DNA from: Camelus ferus
Taxonomy: Eukaryota
Assembly (NCBI RefSeq): GCF_009834535.1
Contig: NC_045697.1
Span: forward strand, 14,200,001-14,264,000
Length of the DNA stretch: 64,000 nt
Direction of reading: 5' to 3'
Position 1 is the first letter of the stretch; every line of letters starts with the position of its first letter. Shown piece by piece: positions 12,029-25,260 of this stretch. The notes under the pieces were generated by a model that was given only the letters and a program-made list of their open reading frames with translations, was not told the DNA's origin and searched no databases. A program made the translations under genes and the position numbers.

Positions 12029-14544
12029 AGGTAGCAATCTTCTTGAAGTCTGTTTGGTATCAAAAGAAATTATTCCTTTGCCACAATTCTGAAATATTTT
12101 AAAAGTCTATCATCAACAAAAACTTCTCTTCTTAGCCTGGCAGTAGTTCAGAAATGGTCTGGTCCAAATATGAGGAAACCACAGCACACAGAGGTCGGTG
12201 GCTGTCCAAAGGTCCAAGGCTATTCGTTGGCAGGGCTGGAGCTGGGTTTTAAACTTTCCAGTTGGGTGATTTTTCTGATACAGATTGCCCCTAAGAAGTT
12301 TTACACTTCATCAACATGGCAGTTGGTTTGGTACAGAAGGTAACCTGGATCCTCAGAAATGACACAGTCAGGTTCAGGTTGAGTTGTGCTTGCAAGAGAC
12401 AAACTAGCAAATACCACTACTTGTTTCTTTACCCAGTATTTATTGAGCACCTGCCATGGGTCAGGGCACGTAGTAATATTACCATCTTACGTTCCTACGG
12501 CGTGTAATAGCTGCTCACTCTCACACACTTCATCTTCTCAGTGAAACGACTCAGGCTTAGTTGCCCCTGGAGTCAGAGAATTCAGAATTACTCAGGTCAG
12601 GAACAGTTTTATCAGAGTAGGTGGGATTCGGGCTGGGCCTCTAGCAGATTAATACATGGCACAGATTATCAGACAGCTGAAGCCGAGGTGGGTCAGTGTC
12701 ACCAGAACCTCACTGCCTTTCAAAGACCAATCTGAATAAAATACTGAAGTCTCACATTTTATTTAGAGAATATTTTTGACTCAGTCTGATTTAAAACTTA
12801 TTATTTTAGCGTAGACAAATTCAGTTGCAGCTCCTGCTGATTCCACATGATGCCTTTTTGAAAAAGAAAAGAATGTACTTGATTCTGCCTTTCATTGTAG
12901 TTTAGTTTACAACCCTATGTGGAAAAAACAAAGGTCTTACTGAAATCTTTATTTTCTACAAAATTCTGCACTGCATCTTGTTCATCCAAATACTATATGT
13001 AAATTATTTTAGCTCCTAATGTCTTTGATCTGCCCACAGTGAATTTGGCACATGGCACACTCATCACTTACATAACAAATATTATCATTTCTTAGAGAAA
13101 TTAGTCAGTAAAGCAGATGGTTTTTCCAGAACTGCTGAGCTGCTGTACAGGTTTCAAGGGGCTTTGTGCATTGGAATGACAAGATAAAGACTTAATGGAA
13201 GCCATTAAAAAATGAAGAATTCATCTTCCAAAAGACTAACACAGTTCAGTGTCTTCTATTACTATCTATTAGATGGCACACCCTTTGTAGTGCGTTTTAT
13301 TGGATTGCAGGTTAACTGATTGGGACCCCACTATTTTCAGCAGTAATTTGTGAGTGTGCACGTAGTTCGGCAGGTAACGGATTAAGCCATAGTGTTTGCT
13401 ATTCCTCGCGTATTATAAATAATTGCACGTAGTGGGAAAGGGAGTTGCAAAAAAAGTAAAACGACTTAAAAACCAAATTTATATGAAGCTGCTAAAGAAA
13501 ACTTCTACTGACAAATATTGTTTGGACAAGTCATTCTGTTACTTCGACTGCATTTTCTTATTACTAAGCTAACAGAGCTGGTTTCACTTTTCTTGCTTTG
13601 TTATATAGCTCATAAATCTCCTAAATTGCTTTGCGATATTTTTAGACCATGATATGCCATAAGGAGTACTTCCCAGCATGCATCTTACTTAGTCAGCTTG
13701 GAGCTCCTACACAGTGTATTTTGCATTCTTTGCTTTCTTCTTCACTCCTTATCAGATAATAGAGTCTGGGGAATGTGATAGCCTTTATTGATAATACCAA
13801 CTTTAAAGAATTCTTAATTAAATATTTTCTTCCTGTTTTGAAACTTGGTCTGAGGAGCCAAAGAAAGACAAAAATGTGCGTCATAATGTGACTCCAGGTT
13901 CTAATGGGCTTGAAAAAGAGTGTCCGTAGAGAAAAGAATATAAAATAGCTCTCAGCCAGCCACTCTGGTGACTCTGTGGTTCTCTTATCTTTTACTTTGA
14001 TTTCTCCTCTCAGATAAATAATTCAGAGTGTTTCAAAGCATCTCTTCTTCCTTTTAATGCTCTGCACTTGAGCAGCACTGCTCACATTAACATTGATGGA
14101 AGCCCTTTTCTCGGGCCTTGTTCATCTAGTTGAGAATGTCTATGGCCACTTAGAATCCATTTAACTTCAGACTTGTTTACTTTGCTTTGTTATGATTTAG
14201 CATTAAAACCGCTGGCTCTAGAGCAAGCACGCTTATGCAGTGAGCTCATTTTATTTCTTAATTCATACACTCAGAACTAAAAGTCTGTGTTACTCTTAGA
14301 GAGTATATACTCCCCATTTATTTTAATTCATCTGCTCTCCAGTAAGTCTTAAATCCTGATTTTGCATTTTCAGACAAGACCCTTGGCATTCAATAATATC
14401 CGCAAACACTAGGGTGTTTTTAATTATCCTCATTCACTTACGTCCTAATGGCTTTGAAATAGAAAAGTGGATAATCAGTACAATCTAAACCATAAAGACT
14501 TTTATATAATTATAAAGATGTACATAGAATTTTTTTAATCTACT

Positions 14545-14770
14545 ATTTATTGATCATGCATTAAATATCAAACTCTATACTAATTATTTTACATGTAGTG
14601 TTTTTATTTAATCTTTTAACAAACCTGTAAGATGGAAATTATTACATACATGTTACAGATGCGGAAAGGGACACTTAGAGAGATTAAGTAATGTAGTCAA
14701 GATTATATACAGTTAAGGATGAAACCAGAATACAAACACAGTTCTGCCTAACTGCCAAGTCCAAATTCCG
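14545..14770 (-). mobile_element. MIR SINE
   Basis: MIR core in reverse: ttacagatgcggaaagggacacttagagagattaagtaatgtagtcaagatta. Confidence 0.7.
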
Positions 14771-15126
14771 TAAGGTTAAACCAAAATTTCCCAGTTTATT
14801 TGTTTTTTTGAAGTCAGTGAACCCTTTCTAAAATCTCAAACAGAAACACTCATGGAAACCCAATGTGTGATACTAATGAATCACAACAGAAGAGTATTGT
14901 TGGGGGAGGGTGGGGGGATGGGGTGCAGAGGGAAACTGCCAGAAGCCCCCTCCCATCTATGGCCATATCTGCAAGGGCTCTGTGTTCTCCTTTAGCTCCA
15001 CAATTCATAGTTTAATAACCATTTCATGTGCCATATTGCTTTTCCATGGGCACCTCTAAAGTCCTGCATCCTTGGCATTAGAGCTAGAGATTCCAGGGGT
15101 CAGCATTCATGAAGACGGGATTTAAA

Positions 15127-15871
15127 AAGGAACCCTCCTATACTGTTGATGGGAATGTAAATTGGTGCAGCCACTATGGAGGATAGTATGGAGGTTCCTT
15201 AAAAAACTGAAAATAGACTTACCATATGATCCAGCAATCCCACGCCTGGGCATATACCTAGAGAAAACTCTAATTCAGAAAGTCATGTGCACCCCAATGT
15301 TCATAGCAACACTATTTACAATAGCCAAGACATGGAAACAATCTTAAAGTCCATCAACAGACAACCTGGTAAAGAAGATGTGGTATATGTATATATAACA
15401 GAATATTACCCAGCCATAAAATAGAATGAAATAATGTCATTTTAGCAACATGGATGGACCTAAAGATTATTCGTATTAAGTGAAGTAAGTTAGAGAAAGA
15501 CAAATACCATATGATATCACTTATATGTGGAATCTAAAGAAAAATGATACAAATTCTATTTACAAACCAAAAACAGACTCACAGACATAGAAAACAAACT
15601 ATGGTTACCAAAGGGGAAGGGGCAAGGGAGGGATAAATTAGAAGTTTTGGATTAACAAATACACATTACTGCATATAAAAGAGATAAACAACAAGGACCT
15701 ACTGTATAGCATAGGGAATGATCCTCAGTCTTTTGTAATAGCATGTAGTGGAAAAGAATCTGAAAAGAAAAAATACATATGTATGTATATCTTTAACTGA
15801 ATCACTTTACTGTAACCTTAAGCTAACATTGTAAATCAACTATACTTTAATAAAAAATATAAAATTTAAAA
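15127..15871 (+). mobile_element. 5'-truncated LINE-1 (ORF2 C-terminus plus 3' UTR)
   Basis: ORF 15162..15347 ([31 protein letters not shown]...CTPMFIATLFTIAKTWKQ) is the L1 ORF2 C-terminus. Ends gtaaatcaactatactttaataaaaaa with an A-rich tail. Confidence 0.93.
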
Positions 15872-15912
15872 GAAAACAGGCTTTAAAGGGAACCCTGTGT
15901 AATTAATTATCT

Positions 15913-16163
15913 AACAGCATAGGGCGGTGTTTAGAAATTCACGCTGTCTTTTTGGATTACTTGAGTGCATTTCCTGGCACTGCACTTATAAGTTGAAGGT
16001 CCTTGGGTTAGGCACTTAACTAGTTTGTCCCTTGTTTCCTCACCTGAAGAGTAGGATCATGGTGTCACCGATGTCACAGGGCTGTGGAGAGAATTCAGTG
16101 AATTCACATATGCAAAGTGATGAAAAGAGAGAAAGTGCTCAAAGAATATCAGCTGGATTATTA
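15913..16163 (+). mobile_element. MIR SINE
   Basis: ccttgggttaggcacttaac...tgtttcctcacctgaaga...tcacagggctgtggagagaattcagtga...tgcaaagtg. Confidence 0.7.
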
Positions 16164-16864
16164 TCCCTGGTTCTTCACCATCAATATAGCTGGGACCCCT
16201 TCTGCCCCAGAGTGCCCAGGCTGAAAAATCTGTCCTGGGATGGGCCCCAGGAATTTTGTATCCATTCCCCTGCTCTACCCAGTTAGGTCAGTCTCCATTC
16301 TGCTATGATGATAATCTGGATTCGTGGAGAATTAGAGTATCCATGGTTAACATATTTGTTTTTCATAAAATTATCTTTTATTCTAGTGCATTCAGTCTCT
16401 ATTGGAAAATTTAAAATGTTAAATGTTCTTAAAAATATGCTTAATATTCTTAGTAACTTTTACAAGACAGAACTTTTATCATGTCATCAGCTCAAATGAG
16501 TTAGACAGCAGAGAACAGAGGACACTATGGGCAAATGAAGTTGGGGAAACGGGGGAGAGGGAGGGAAGGAGGGAGGGGTGAACACTTGTGTGATGATTCT
16601 ATTCTTGGTTGGATGGTGGATGCTCACTGTCATCAGGGAGGGGAAATTGCTGTTCCTGTGATAGTTTGCAGTGAGAAACTGTGGGCGCCTTTGCAGATCA
16701 GTACTTATTTTCTAGGCATATTTTTATTTTCAGACTTAATGAGCCTGTTCTAAATACGTTTTTTTTTTTCAAAGATGGTGCCACCTTTTCCTAGGTGAAA
16801 TGCAACTGTTTGGTTCCTTTTGGCTCAGTTGGGTTTGAAACTGTTTACCTGCTTGTTCACACAG

Positions 16865-17002
16865 GTGTGACTGCACGCCAGGATACGTCGGCGAGCACTG
16901 CGACATTGACTTTGACGACTGCCAAGACAACAAGTGTAAAAATGGAGCCCACTGCACCGATGCGGTGAATGGCTATACGTGCATCTGCCCTGAAGGCTAC
17001 AG
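16865..17002 (+). CDS. SLIT2: SLIT2 coding exon (exon 31), end of EGF4 and most of EGF5
   Basis: cacacag|G TGT GAC TGC... translates [45 protein letters not shown](S); ends TAC AG|gtaaaa; 138 nt; phase matches the previous exon. Confidence 0.97.
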
Positions 17003-17116
17003 GTAAAAGTACAAATACCCATTTGGATTTAAAATCAGGTGTTACAACACTCAGTTCACATTGGCAGTTAAGTACCATCTAATCAACACTTTTTTTTTTT
17101 TCTGTTTCTTCTTTAG

Positions 17117-17357
17117 TGGCTTGTTCTGTGAGTTTTCTCCTCCCATGGTTCTCCCTCGGACCAGCCCCTGTGATAATTTTGATTGTCAGAACGGAGCTCA
17201 GTGCATCATCAGGGTAAATGAGCCAATATGCCAGTGTTTGCCTGGCTACCAGGGAGAGAAGTGTGAAAAATTGGTCAGTGTGAATTTTGTCAACAAAGAG
17301 TCTTACCTTCAGATCCCCTCCGCCAAGGTTCGGCCTCAAACAAACATCACTCTTCAG
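17117..17357 (+). CDS. SLIT2: SLIT2 coding exon (exon 32): end of EGF5, proteolytic cleavage site (PR/TSP), EGF6, start of laminin-G
   Basis: ttctttag|T GGC TTG TTC TGT... [29 protein letters not shown]...RPQTNITLQ|gtaaga; 241 nt; lies within ORF 17061..17396. Confidence 0.98.
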
Positions 17358-18943
17358 GTAAGATTCCCCTACTACCAAGGGCTGATCTCACTCTAAGTCA
17401 GTTCAGCTTCAAAGCACAAACATACGTGATGGCTTGTGAATGATATTATTTCTTAAATAGACAGTTACAAACTGTGTAGCACAGTGGCAGAAAACGCTGC
17501 TTGTGTGAAGAACTTCAGCTATTCTAACATTTGTGTTTTTCAAAACTAAATGGGAACCAGGTATTTTGATTCACTAGTTGATCGTATAAAACACGCACAC
17601 ACAGAGAGCAACAAAATATGTCTCTTCATTTTGTGCTCAAGTGATGGCATTTAATTCATTTATTTTTTTATGACTGTGCAGTTCAGGCTTTGCACAGGGG
17701 GCAGCTTCCTGTACGAAATGTGCAGCTGAGAAGAGACAGGTGAGACAGAACACACCTGGGCAGAACATTTAGCATGTGTCCTTTAACTCTGACATGAAAT
17801 TCACAAACTCAGATTTTATTGTAAGTCTTTTCCCCAAGTCACTGTGGAAGCCATTCAGATCCACAGACGAGGTGAGGCTAGATTAGGGGTAATACGTTTA
17901 GGAAACACAAGCAAGTTGGGGCTACATGTTTGTTTTCTCTGGTAAGCAAGCTGCATCAGTATGTTTTGAATTCAAATGAGTGTAGCCAGTTCCCCTTCCC
18001 TTGTTCCTTATCTGATTTACCCTGAAACTCCAGTGAGAGGCAAGGGCTTCTTGAGAAGCCATGAGGAATGGGACCCTGGAGGGCAGACAGGTCTTCTTGA
18101 AAAAGCCTGTCTCCTTAACTTCCAGCATTTGCTGCCCAGATTGCTATGAGAAGTACCCAGTGGTGTTTGTGCTTAAGTTCCAACTTCTACTCAGCTGGTC
18201 CTTCAAAAGCTTGAAAAAGTCAGGAAGCAGGATAAAAAGAGAGATTTCCCCCTCTTCACTCCATAATTATAAATAATTTGTTTTTTAACATAGAATATGA
18301 AAATCTGTCTTGCTCAATGCAATCACATTTCATATGTGACATAAATAAAGCCCATAAGAAGAGCAAAAAAAAGCAGGTAAGTGAAAATCTCAAGCAAGGG
18401 GCATTCTAAATATACCCAATGATGTTTACTTAAGTATTTGTTATTGTTCTTTTTAACAGAACAGAAATGTGATCATTTTATTTCTGATTAGATTTTAGCA
18501 TTCTCTGCTGCGACAATATAGTTTGATATCTAAAGGGGAAAGCTTGATTTACTCCAAATACTGCAAACTCTAATGATATGGAAACTAATTTTCAACTTTA
18601 ATTTTCTGAAGTATAAATTATGTCATTTCCTTGTTTTTTGCATATTTCATAGGACATGAATCTTTAGCTTTATCATTGTCAATATGTACAGAATAAGAAT
18701 AAATGTGTAAGTTCATGAATGTAAAAAAAAATTGAAATTCTTTATGAATTTATTTGCAGCAAAGCAATCCAGGAGCAGGTCGTCTTTCGAGTAATCATTT
18801 CCACATGCATTGGTATTTTCTCCTAGCCATAAAAAAGAAATAAACCATAGTAAAAACCCTTTGCTAAGCAGTCTTGTTTCTTCTTAATGAAATATGTTTG
18901 GATGGCTCTATGTCCTGCTAACATCAAGGTTACTTCCTACTAG

Positions 18944-19074
18944 ATTGCCACAGATGAAGACAGTGGAATCCTCCTGTATAAGGGTGACAAGGACCATATC
19001 GCTGTCGAGCTGTACCGGGGACGTGTTCGTGCCAGCTATGACACTGGTTCCCACCCGGCTTCTGCCATTTACAG
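18944..19074 (+). CDS. SLIT2: SLIT2 coding exon (exon 33), laminin-G domain
   Basis: cctactag|ATT GCC ACA GAT... [43 protein letters not shown](S); ends TAC AG|gtgaag; 131 nt. Confidence 0.97.
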
Positions 19075-21754
19075 GTGAAGATCTCTCAGTTACTGGTAAA
19101 GGTGAAAAACAATTGCTTCAAGAAGCACTGCTTCTCCTCTGCCGTACCATGGGGAGGGGAGGGAATAATTAGGCTGCAGCAGACTTAATGATTAGTGCAT
19201 TAGAGACCTGGTAGTAACAGATGGCAGACTCAAGCTGGACAGTTGGAGGGGACACGTATAAGAGGACTGTTTACAGAGACTGGTTGGGGTAGCACAATAA
19301 CCTGGAGTAGTAACCAGGGATACGGCTCCTGCCCATGGGCTTAAAGGAGAGGAGGAGCTGGCAGTTACGGAAATGGATGCTCAGAAAAGAAATTGCGGAG
19401 AGGACTGCCCGACAGGAGCTGTGACTTGCAGTGGATGGATGCAGTCACGTCTCAGGGAAGGAAGCAGGGTTGTAAATTCCTGACTTCCCAGCAGTCCGTG
19501 CTTCCCTTTGGCCAAATCAGATGTCAGAAAACAAGGAACCCAGTGATGTCGGTCGTGTCGCTCGCACACGAGCCTCCCAGGGCTCAGAGCTGGGTGAGGA
19601 CAGGTGGCTGGAGAAACAGCTGTAGGATACCCAACCAGTGAGAAATTTAAAGTTACTATTCGTGCAACGCGTGGTTATTGAGCACCTACTGTGTTCTAAG
19701 CTTTCAGCAACAAAGCCCAGCCCTTAGGAAGCTAACATGTGCTAAGCCAGTGGACACATATGATATGTGCACAATCCTATTCATTTTGGAAGTTTTCTAG
19801 TACTGTAATGATATTGACAATACACTGAAGATGAGAAAGGGGTGGGATTCAGGGGGCATACGTTTTGCTGAAAGTGTGCTTTTGGCATAAGACTCACCTC
19901 CAGAGCCTCTCCGTTGGGTCTCAACACCGGTCGTCCCACAGACAAGTTACCTAGTTCATTGCTTCACATGCAGAAATAACTACCCTTATTTAGAGCAAAG
20001 ACGCAGTCGTAGGCAGTCAGTTTTTCTAGGCATATAACTTCAAGGACTAAGCAGGCCAGGTGCAAGAAAAGAATATGCTGTCATCCTTTTATTCCTGAAA
20101 AGATTTTAACTTTTTAGAGACTCATTCCTTTATTACAAATAGCCTTGGTGTTAGCAATATAATAGAAGTGGTCGTGAGTGAAGTGAACTAAAAAACAAAT
20201 CTTTGTCAAAACCGGACTAGACTCCATCTGCTCAGGTCTCCTTGAATGTTGCGATGTGAAAATGGAGGCCCAGGTTTTGCCAGAACTTATGATTTTTCAA
20301 GAAAGGATAGAAATTTGGCGCTTTTTTTAATATAAAGTTTTCCCCCCTTTAAAAATCAATTCACATTTTTTAAAAAATACCGAAAGTGGTGAACAAAATG
20401 CATTTGTAGGCCAAGTACCCGGGGCAGCAAGTTTGTGGGCATTGAGACAGGAACTGGAGACACTGGGCTCTGTGTTACTGATATGAGGCTTATAGATATC
20501 AGTGTGTTTCACATGCTATTTGACCTTTCATAACGGTTCTAGGAAATTAGATGCCAGTTGTAGCCATGGGTGGAACTTGACAAGTCCTTCTGGTGGTGAG
20601 CTAACTCACTGAGAATATTTAGAGCATGAAAACAAGCACATAATTATTGGTTTCCAAGTAAATACAATAGTTATTTCATCTCTAAATGGTGATGAATTAG
20701 TGCCAACATTTTAAATGTGGCTAGGCCTTAAATTTTATAGCTTCAGTTTGTTTCAGCCCATAAAGAGATTTCGGAATACCGATTTTTATGGTTCATTTTT
20801 GGTATTTTGATTGTTTTATTTTATGCAGTAAAGCAGCATAGAACTCTCAGAAACCACTGTAAAAGTTTTTGGGATTGGCTTACTAATGCTAGCGTTCACT
20901 TAAACTATACCTAAAATATTTCTAGATAAGATATAAAAACCCAAGTGATTATATCCAAATGAGGACTTACTATAGAGAGCTTATTTTGAGTTAATGTTTA
21001 TTACCATTTTTACCTTAACCAAAAATAGAGTATACCCTGTAGCATCTATAAAGAAAAAAAAAAAAGAAGACTAGTATCACATCACACACTTTTTGTTGGG
21101 AACCAGAAGTGGGCGTTTCTGCTTGCAGACGTCTAAGGAAGACATCTGGTGTGAGGTCCAGGGAATGCATAGCTTTGGTTTATTTTTTGCTCTTTAGTTC
21201 ATGGCACAACAATCAGCAAAAGTCATTGAGTTATTTTCAAGTAAAAGAAAAGAAGCAATAATCACCTAGAACTCAGAGAGATAATGGATAGATGGATTAA
21301 TTGATTGATTGATGCAGATATAATATACACATATCAATGGATTAGTATCCAGTTTGAAATAGAAAAAATGCTTTTGTGAAGTAGACTACTGAGACATCCA
21401 GTTTTTTCAACGCGCTAGGAGACTCTGGTTTTTAACAAGTAAGAAACCTAGTGGCTGAGATGTATGTTCAAATCTTGACCAATTACTCTGTATAAACTTA
21501 AGCAAGATACTTAATTTTTCTGTGCTTCAGAATTCATATCTACAAATTATAGTGTAGCATCCACCCCGTCAGGTCACTGTGAGGATTTAATTCTAGACTC
21601 AGCTCTGTCCTCACTCCTCACTCACTCTGTCTTCACTCTCATCTCCCTTCTAACGATGGAGGAAGGTCTTTCTGGATCTCTCTCTGGAGTGTAACAAGAG
21701 TTTATAGCACACCCTCTAACCTCACACATGAACATGAGAAGTGCATGTGGTTTA

Positions 21755-22215
21755 CAGTTCCTATGGGGGGCAATTTGGAAATGTCTTTCCCACTTCTGGG
21801 AAGTTATCCTAAAAGATACCTAAAGACATAGAATTGACATGCACTGAGGTATTGGTTGTAAAAACAAAAGTTGGGAAACAATCCAAGTTTCTAATTAAAT
21901 AAACTATGGGGCATTCACACAATGGAATGTATTGTTAAAAAAGTGGGGGGGAGGAAGGAGAGAGAGGACAAGGAAGTTCTCTATATATGATACTGAAAGG
22001 TTTCCAAGGTCTGTTGCTCAGTTGAAAAAAAAAAAGTAAGGCAGAGCAGTGTCAAAGGTGGGTAAATAAATCTGTCTTGTTATTTCTGTGTACTTGCATA
22101 AAGAAAAAACTAGGGACAAGAGGAAAGTGTGGGGGGGCACAACTTATGTATGAATATCATTTTATATATTTTGATTTTTGAACCATTTAAATGTCATTAC
22201 AACTCAAAACTAAAA
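21755..22215 (+). mobile_element. Ancient LINE-1 (L1ME/L1MC-like) fragment
   Basis: tttcccacttctgggaagttatcctaaa...gggaaacaatccaag...ttaaataaactatggggcattcacacaatggaat. Confidence 0.55.
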
Positions 22216-22229
22216 TTGAAGTAAAAGAA

Positions 22230-22455
22230 AAGAGCAGGTGCTCTAAAGACAGTCCACCTTGATTCAAGTCCCAGCTCTTTCTTCCATTAACTGTGTGTCT
22301 TGGGCAAATTGCATAAGCTCTCTGGTCCTCACCTGGTAAATGGGTAAATCAGTGTAATGAATCATAGTTCCGTCTTTGTAGGATTGTGGTAAGAATTTTA
22401 TGATTTGATACACATGAAGTATTTAGAATAATGAAACATTAAACAATGAGAGCTG
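22230..22455 (+). mobile_element. MIR SINE
   Basis: ttcaagtcccagctct...aactgtgtgtcttgggcaaattgcataagctctctgg...ggattgtggtaagaattt. Confidence 0.7.
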
Positions 22456-23451
22456 CTAGGATTGTACATGCAGAATGTCCCAAACTACCTTCATTCCCTT
22501 TGCTCACCCTGGCACGTTCCTAATTTCATAGAGAAGCACCACCATCTTCTTGGTCATCTTAGGTGTAATGAAGTTACTCTCCACCTTTTGCTTTCTTTCA
22601 CCTTCAACTTGAAATGTCTCCAAGTCTTAATTCTGCTCTCACTAATTTCCCGGCATTTATTCAAATGCCTCTGTCCTTGTTCAGGCCTTATTACAATGTG
22701 TACTCTGATGAAAAGGACAACTTCATCATTATTACAGGAAAACTCATCAATAATACTGTTACTATCAGTTTTCCCATAAGTTGCTTAATAAATATTTTGT
22801 TTGGCTGAATTCAATTTTCAAATCTTGATGTATTTCCATTTTACATAACTGTACTAAAAATACATCACACTAATGTTTTAAAAAGAGGTATTTTTACATA
22901 TCTTGACCTCAGAAAATTTGAGTTCAGTTAATTGAATGATTTTATGTTGTAAAAGATTTACCTTGGTAAAACTTAGTTTTCCAAAGTATGTATTATTTAA
23001 TGTGCTGTTGGAGCATCACATATGGGAGTAATTTTGCATGTCAGGTGCATTTTTTCAGTTACCTGGTTAATTTCCAATGTCGATGGAGATGGAGTTTATT
23101 TATTTTAGCAAAATGAAATCTGTTAAATTAGGGAAACTTATCATCCATTATTATTGTTTCTATTGTAGTGTATTTTTTGGTTTGAAATATTTGCTCTTAG
23201 ATGTCAATTATTGTCTGAAATGAATCGATATGAGAACCATTATTTTACGGAATTATGGCTAGAGGGAGTAGTTAACGTAGCCTAAAGTGTCTTTAAGAAA
23301 ACCCAAGATGTAGTAATTATTTCTTGTCCGGCAGAACCAAAGTGGCATGCACATTTTCTCATTTTATTCCTTACATCTGAAAGAAGATCGTGGCTTCTTA
23401 TAGGCATGTCTACTGCAAACAGGGTCAGACACATAGGTAGGGGTATAGAGC

Positions 23452-23620
23452 CGCTGTTTTCACATAACCTGCACCAGAATCACCTGAAAGTTCTGTTAAA
23501 GTACAGATTCCTGGGCTCCACCCCTAGTTTTGATTCAGATCTCGGATGAGCCCCTAGATTTTCATTTCTCCAAGCTCCCAGGCAATGCTCTGGTCCAGGG
23601 ACCACCGTCTGAGAACCATT
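23452..23620. mobile_element. MER5A-like hAT-Charlie relic
   Basis: cagaatcacctgaaagttctgttaaagtacagattcctgggctccacccc...ctggtccagggaccaccgtctgagaaccatt. Confidence 0.75.
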
Positions 23621-24766
23621 TGTATAAAGGGAGTATATCTGAGCTGTGCTCTGAGAGGTGATGGTGTGCACTGCTTCTCACATCCAAGTCCCAGGACCTC
23701 ATGCTTAATGTCTGCCTTTGGGGAGTATTTTCCACCACAGTAATCAGCCGCTGCTACAAATCCAGACTCGTTCATTTTACAGGAAGCCAATTGTTAAATA
23801 TCGGCCTGCACCCTGCTAAGAGATCTAATCAACAGCAAGAGAGATTACACACGCTGTCTAACAAGTGGGTGAATGTAGAATATGGTCCACGTGCCTAGCA
23901 GTAATGCTTAGAGACTAGCGTGAACCCGGTAGCAGTGCTGTGAATGAATGAGTGAATGACAGCCTAAACTTAAAGCTGATATCAGCAGTAGTCCCTCAGA
24001 CGGGGATGAGAAATACATTTTTTTTCTTCAAGTAGGCTGATAATTGACCGCCCTTTAAAGTGACTTTCTTTTCATCTAGATAGGCAGAAACTTGAAAAAA
24101 AAAGATGAATAAAAATGATATGCTTCTTTCTCTAGGTTAAAATTAACATTATTTTCCAAACCAGATAGCTTCTTTGGAAACATAGTCATTGACTATTTAA
24201 AAATTAGGGAGCCAGATGCAGCCCCTTACAGAGGTGCAGGACTGTACCATGCAGTCATCAGTTTCAGTGTTCAGGGACCCGCACAACTGCAGGGGACTCT
24301 CCCTGCAGGCTGCTAGGCTTGGCTGGCTGCATAGCCTCTGGGTTATGCCACTCACAGGCTTTCATTAAGAAAAAAGAAGAAGAATTCAGTCTCGTTGGAA
24401 AGATGGACAGTAGGCAGAATCTATGTAGTCTTCTCATTTCCAAGGGAAACAAGTCGTTCTTGAGACGCTGTATGGGAAGGCACCATTTTTTACCCTTTGT
24501 AAACTTGAGCAAGTTATTCCTTCTCTTTGTGCTTCCATTTCGTGGAAAGACTTGGGAGTAACCAACGTGGAGCACCTAGTATCTTACTAGACAAGAGCAC
24601 AATTATTGTTAATGCTGGGGTTGGTAGATATTCTTCATGCTCAGATACCCAGATGCTGAAGAATAAAACCCAAGTGCAAGTAGTATTGTCTTACATGTGA
24701 CTCTTACATTATGTTCAAATGTGGAAGTCCCTTTCTACTGTAGGGCATTTTTATTTAAATTATGTA

Positions 24767-25260
24767 CAGATAGTCCCAAACTTAGGATGGTTTGACCTAA
24801 CAATTTTTCAACTTTACGACGGTGCAACAGCGGTATGCATTCAGTAGAAACCATCGTTAGAAAGAATTCTGAATTTTTATCTTTTCCTGGGCTAGCCCGA
24901 TGCAGTACATATTCTGGGGACGCAAGGCAGCCACAGCTCCCAGTCGGACACGTGATCACGAGGGTGAACAACCCACGTGCTCAAACTAGTCTGCACCCAG
25001 ACAACCAGTCTGCTTTTCACTTTCTTTCCAGTGTTCAGTAAATTGCATGAGCTGTTCAACACTTTATTATAAAATAGGCTTTGCGTTAGATGATTTTGGC
25101 CAGCTGTAAGCCAGTGTAATTGTTCTGAGCACGCTTAAGGCAACTAGGCTAAAATATGTTTGATAGATTAGGTGTATGAAGTGCATTTTCGACTTACTGT
25201 ATTTTCAATTTACAATGAGTTTATTGGGACTCAACCCCACTGTAAGTTGAGGAAGATCTG
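24767..25260. mobile_element. Complete MER47/Tigger5-family non-autonomous Tc1/mariner element
   Basis: TIRs cagatagtcccaaacttaggatgg and (reverse complement) cagatcttcctcaacttacagtgg, flanked by TA on both sides (24765-24766, 25261-25262). Interior ataaaataggctttgcgttagatgattttggcc is typical of MER47. Confidence 0.85.
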
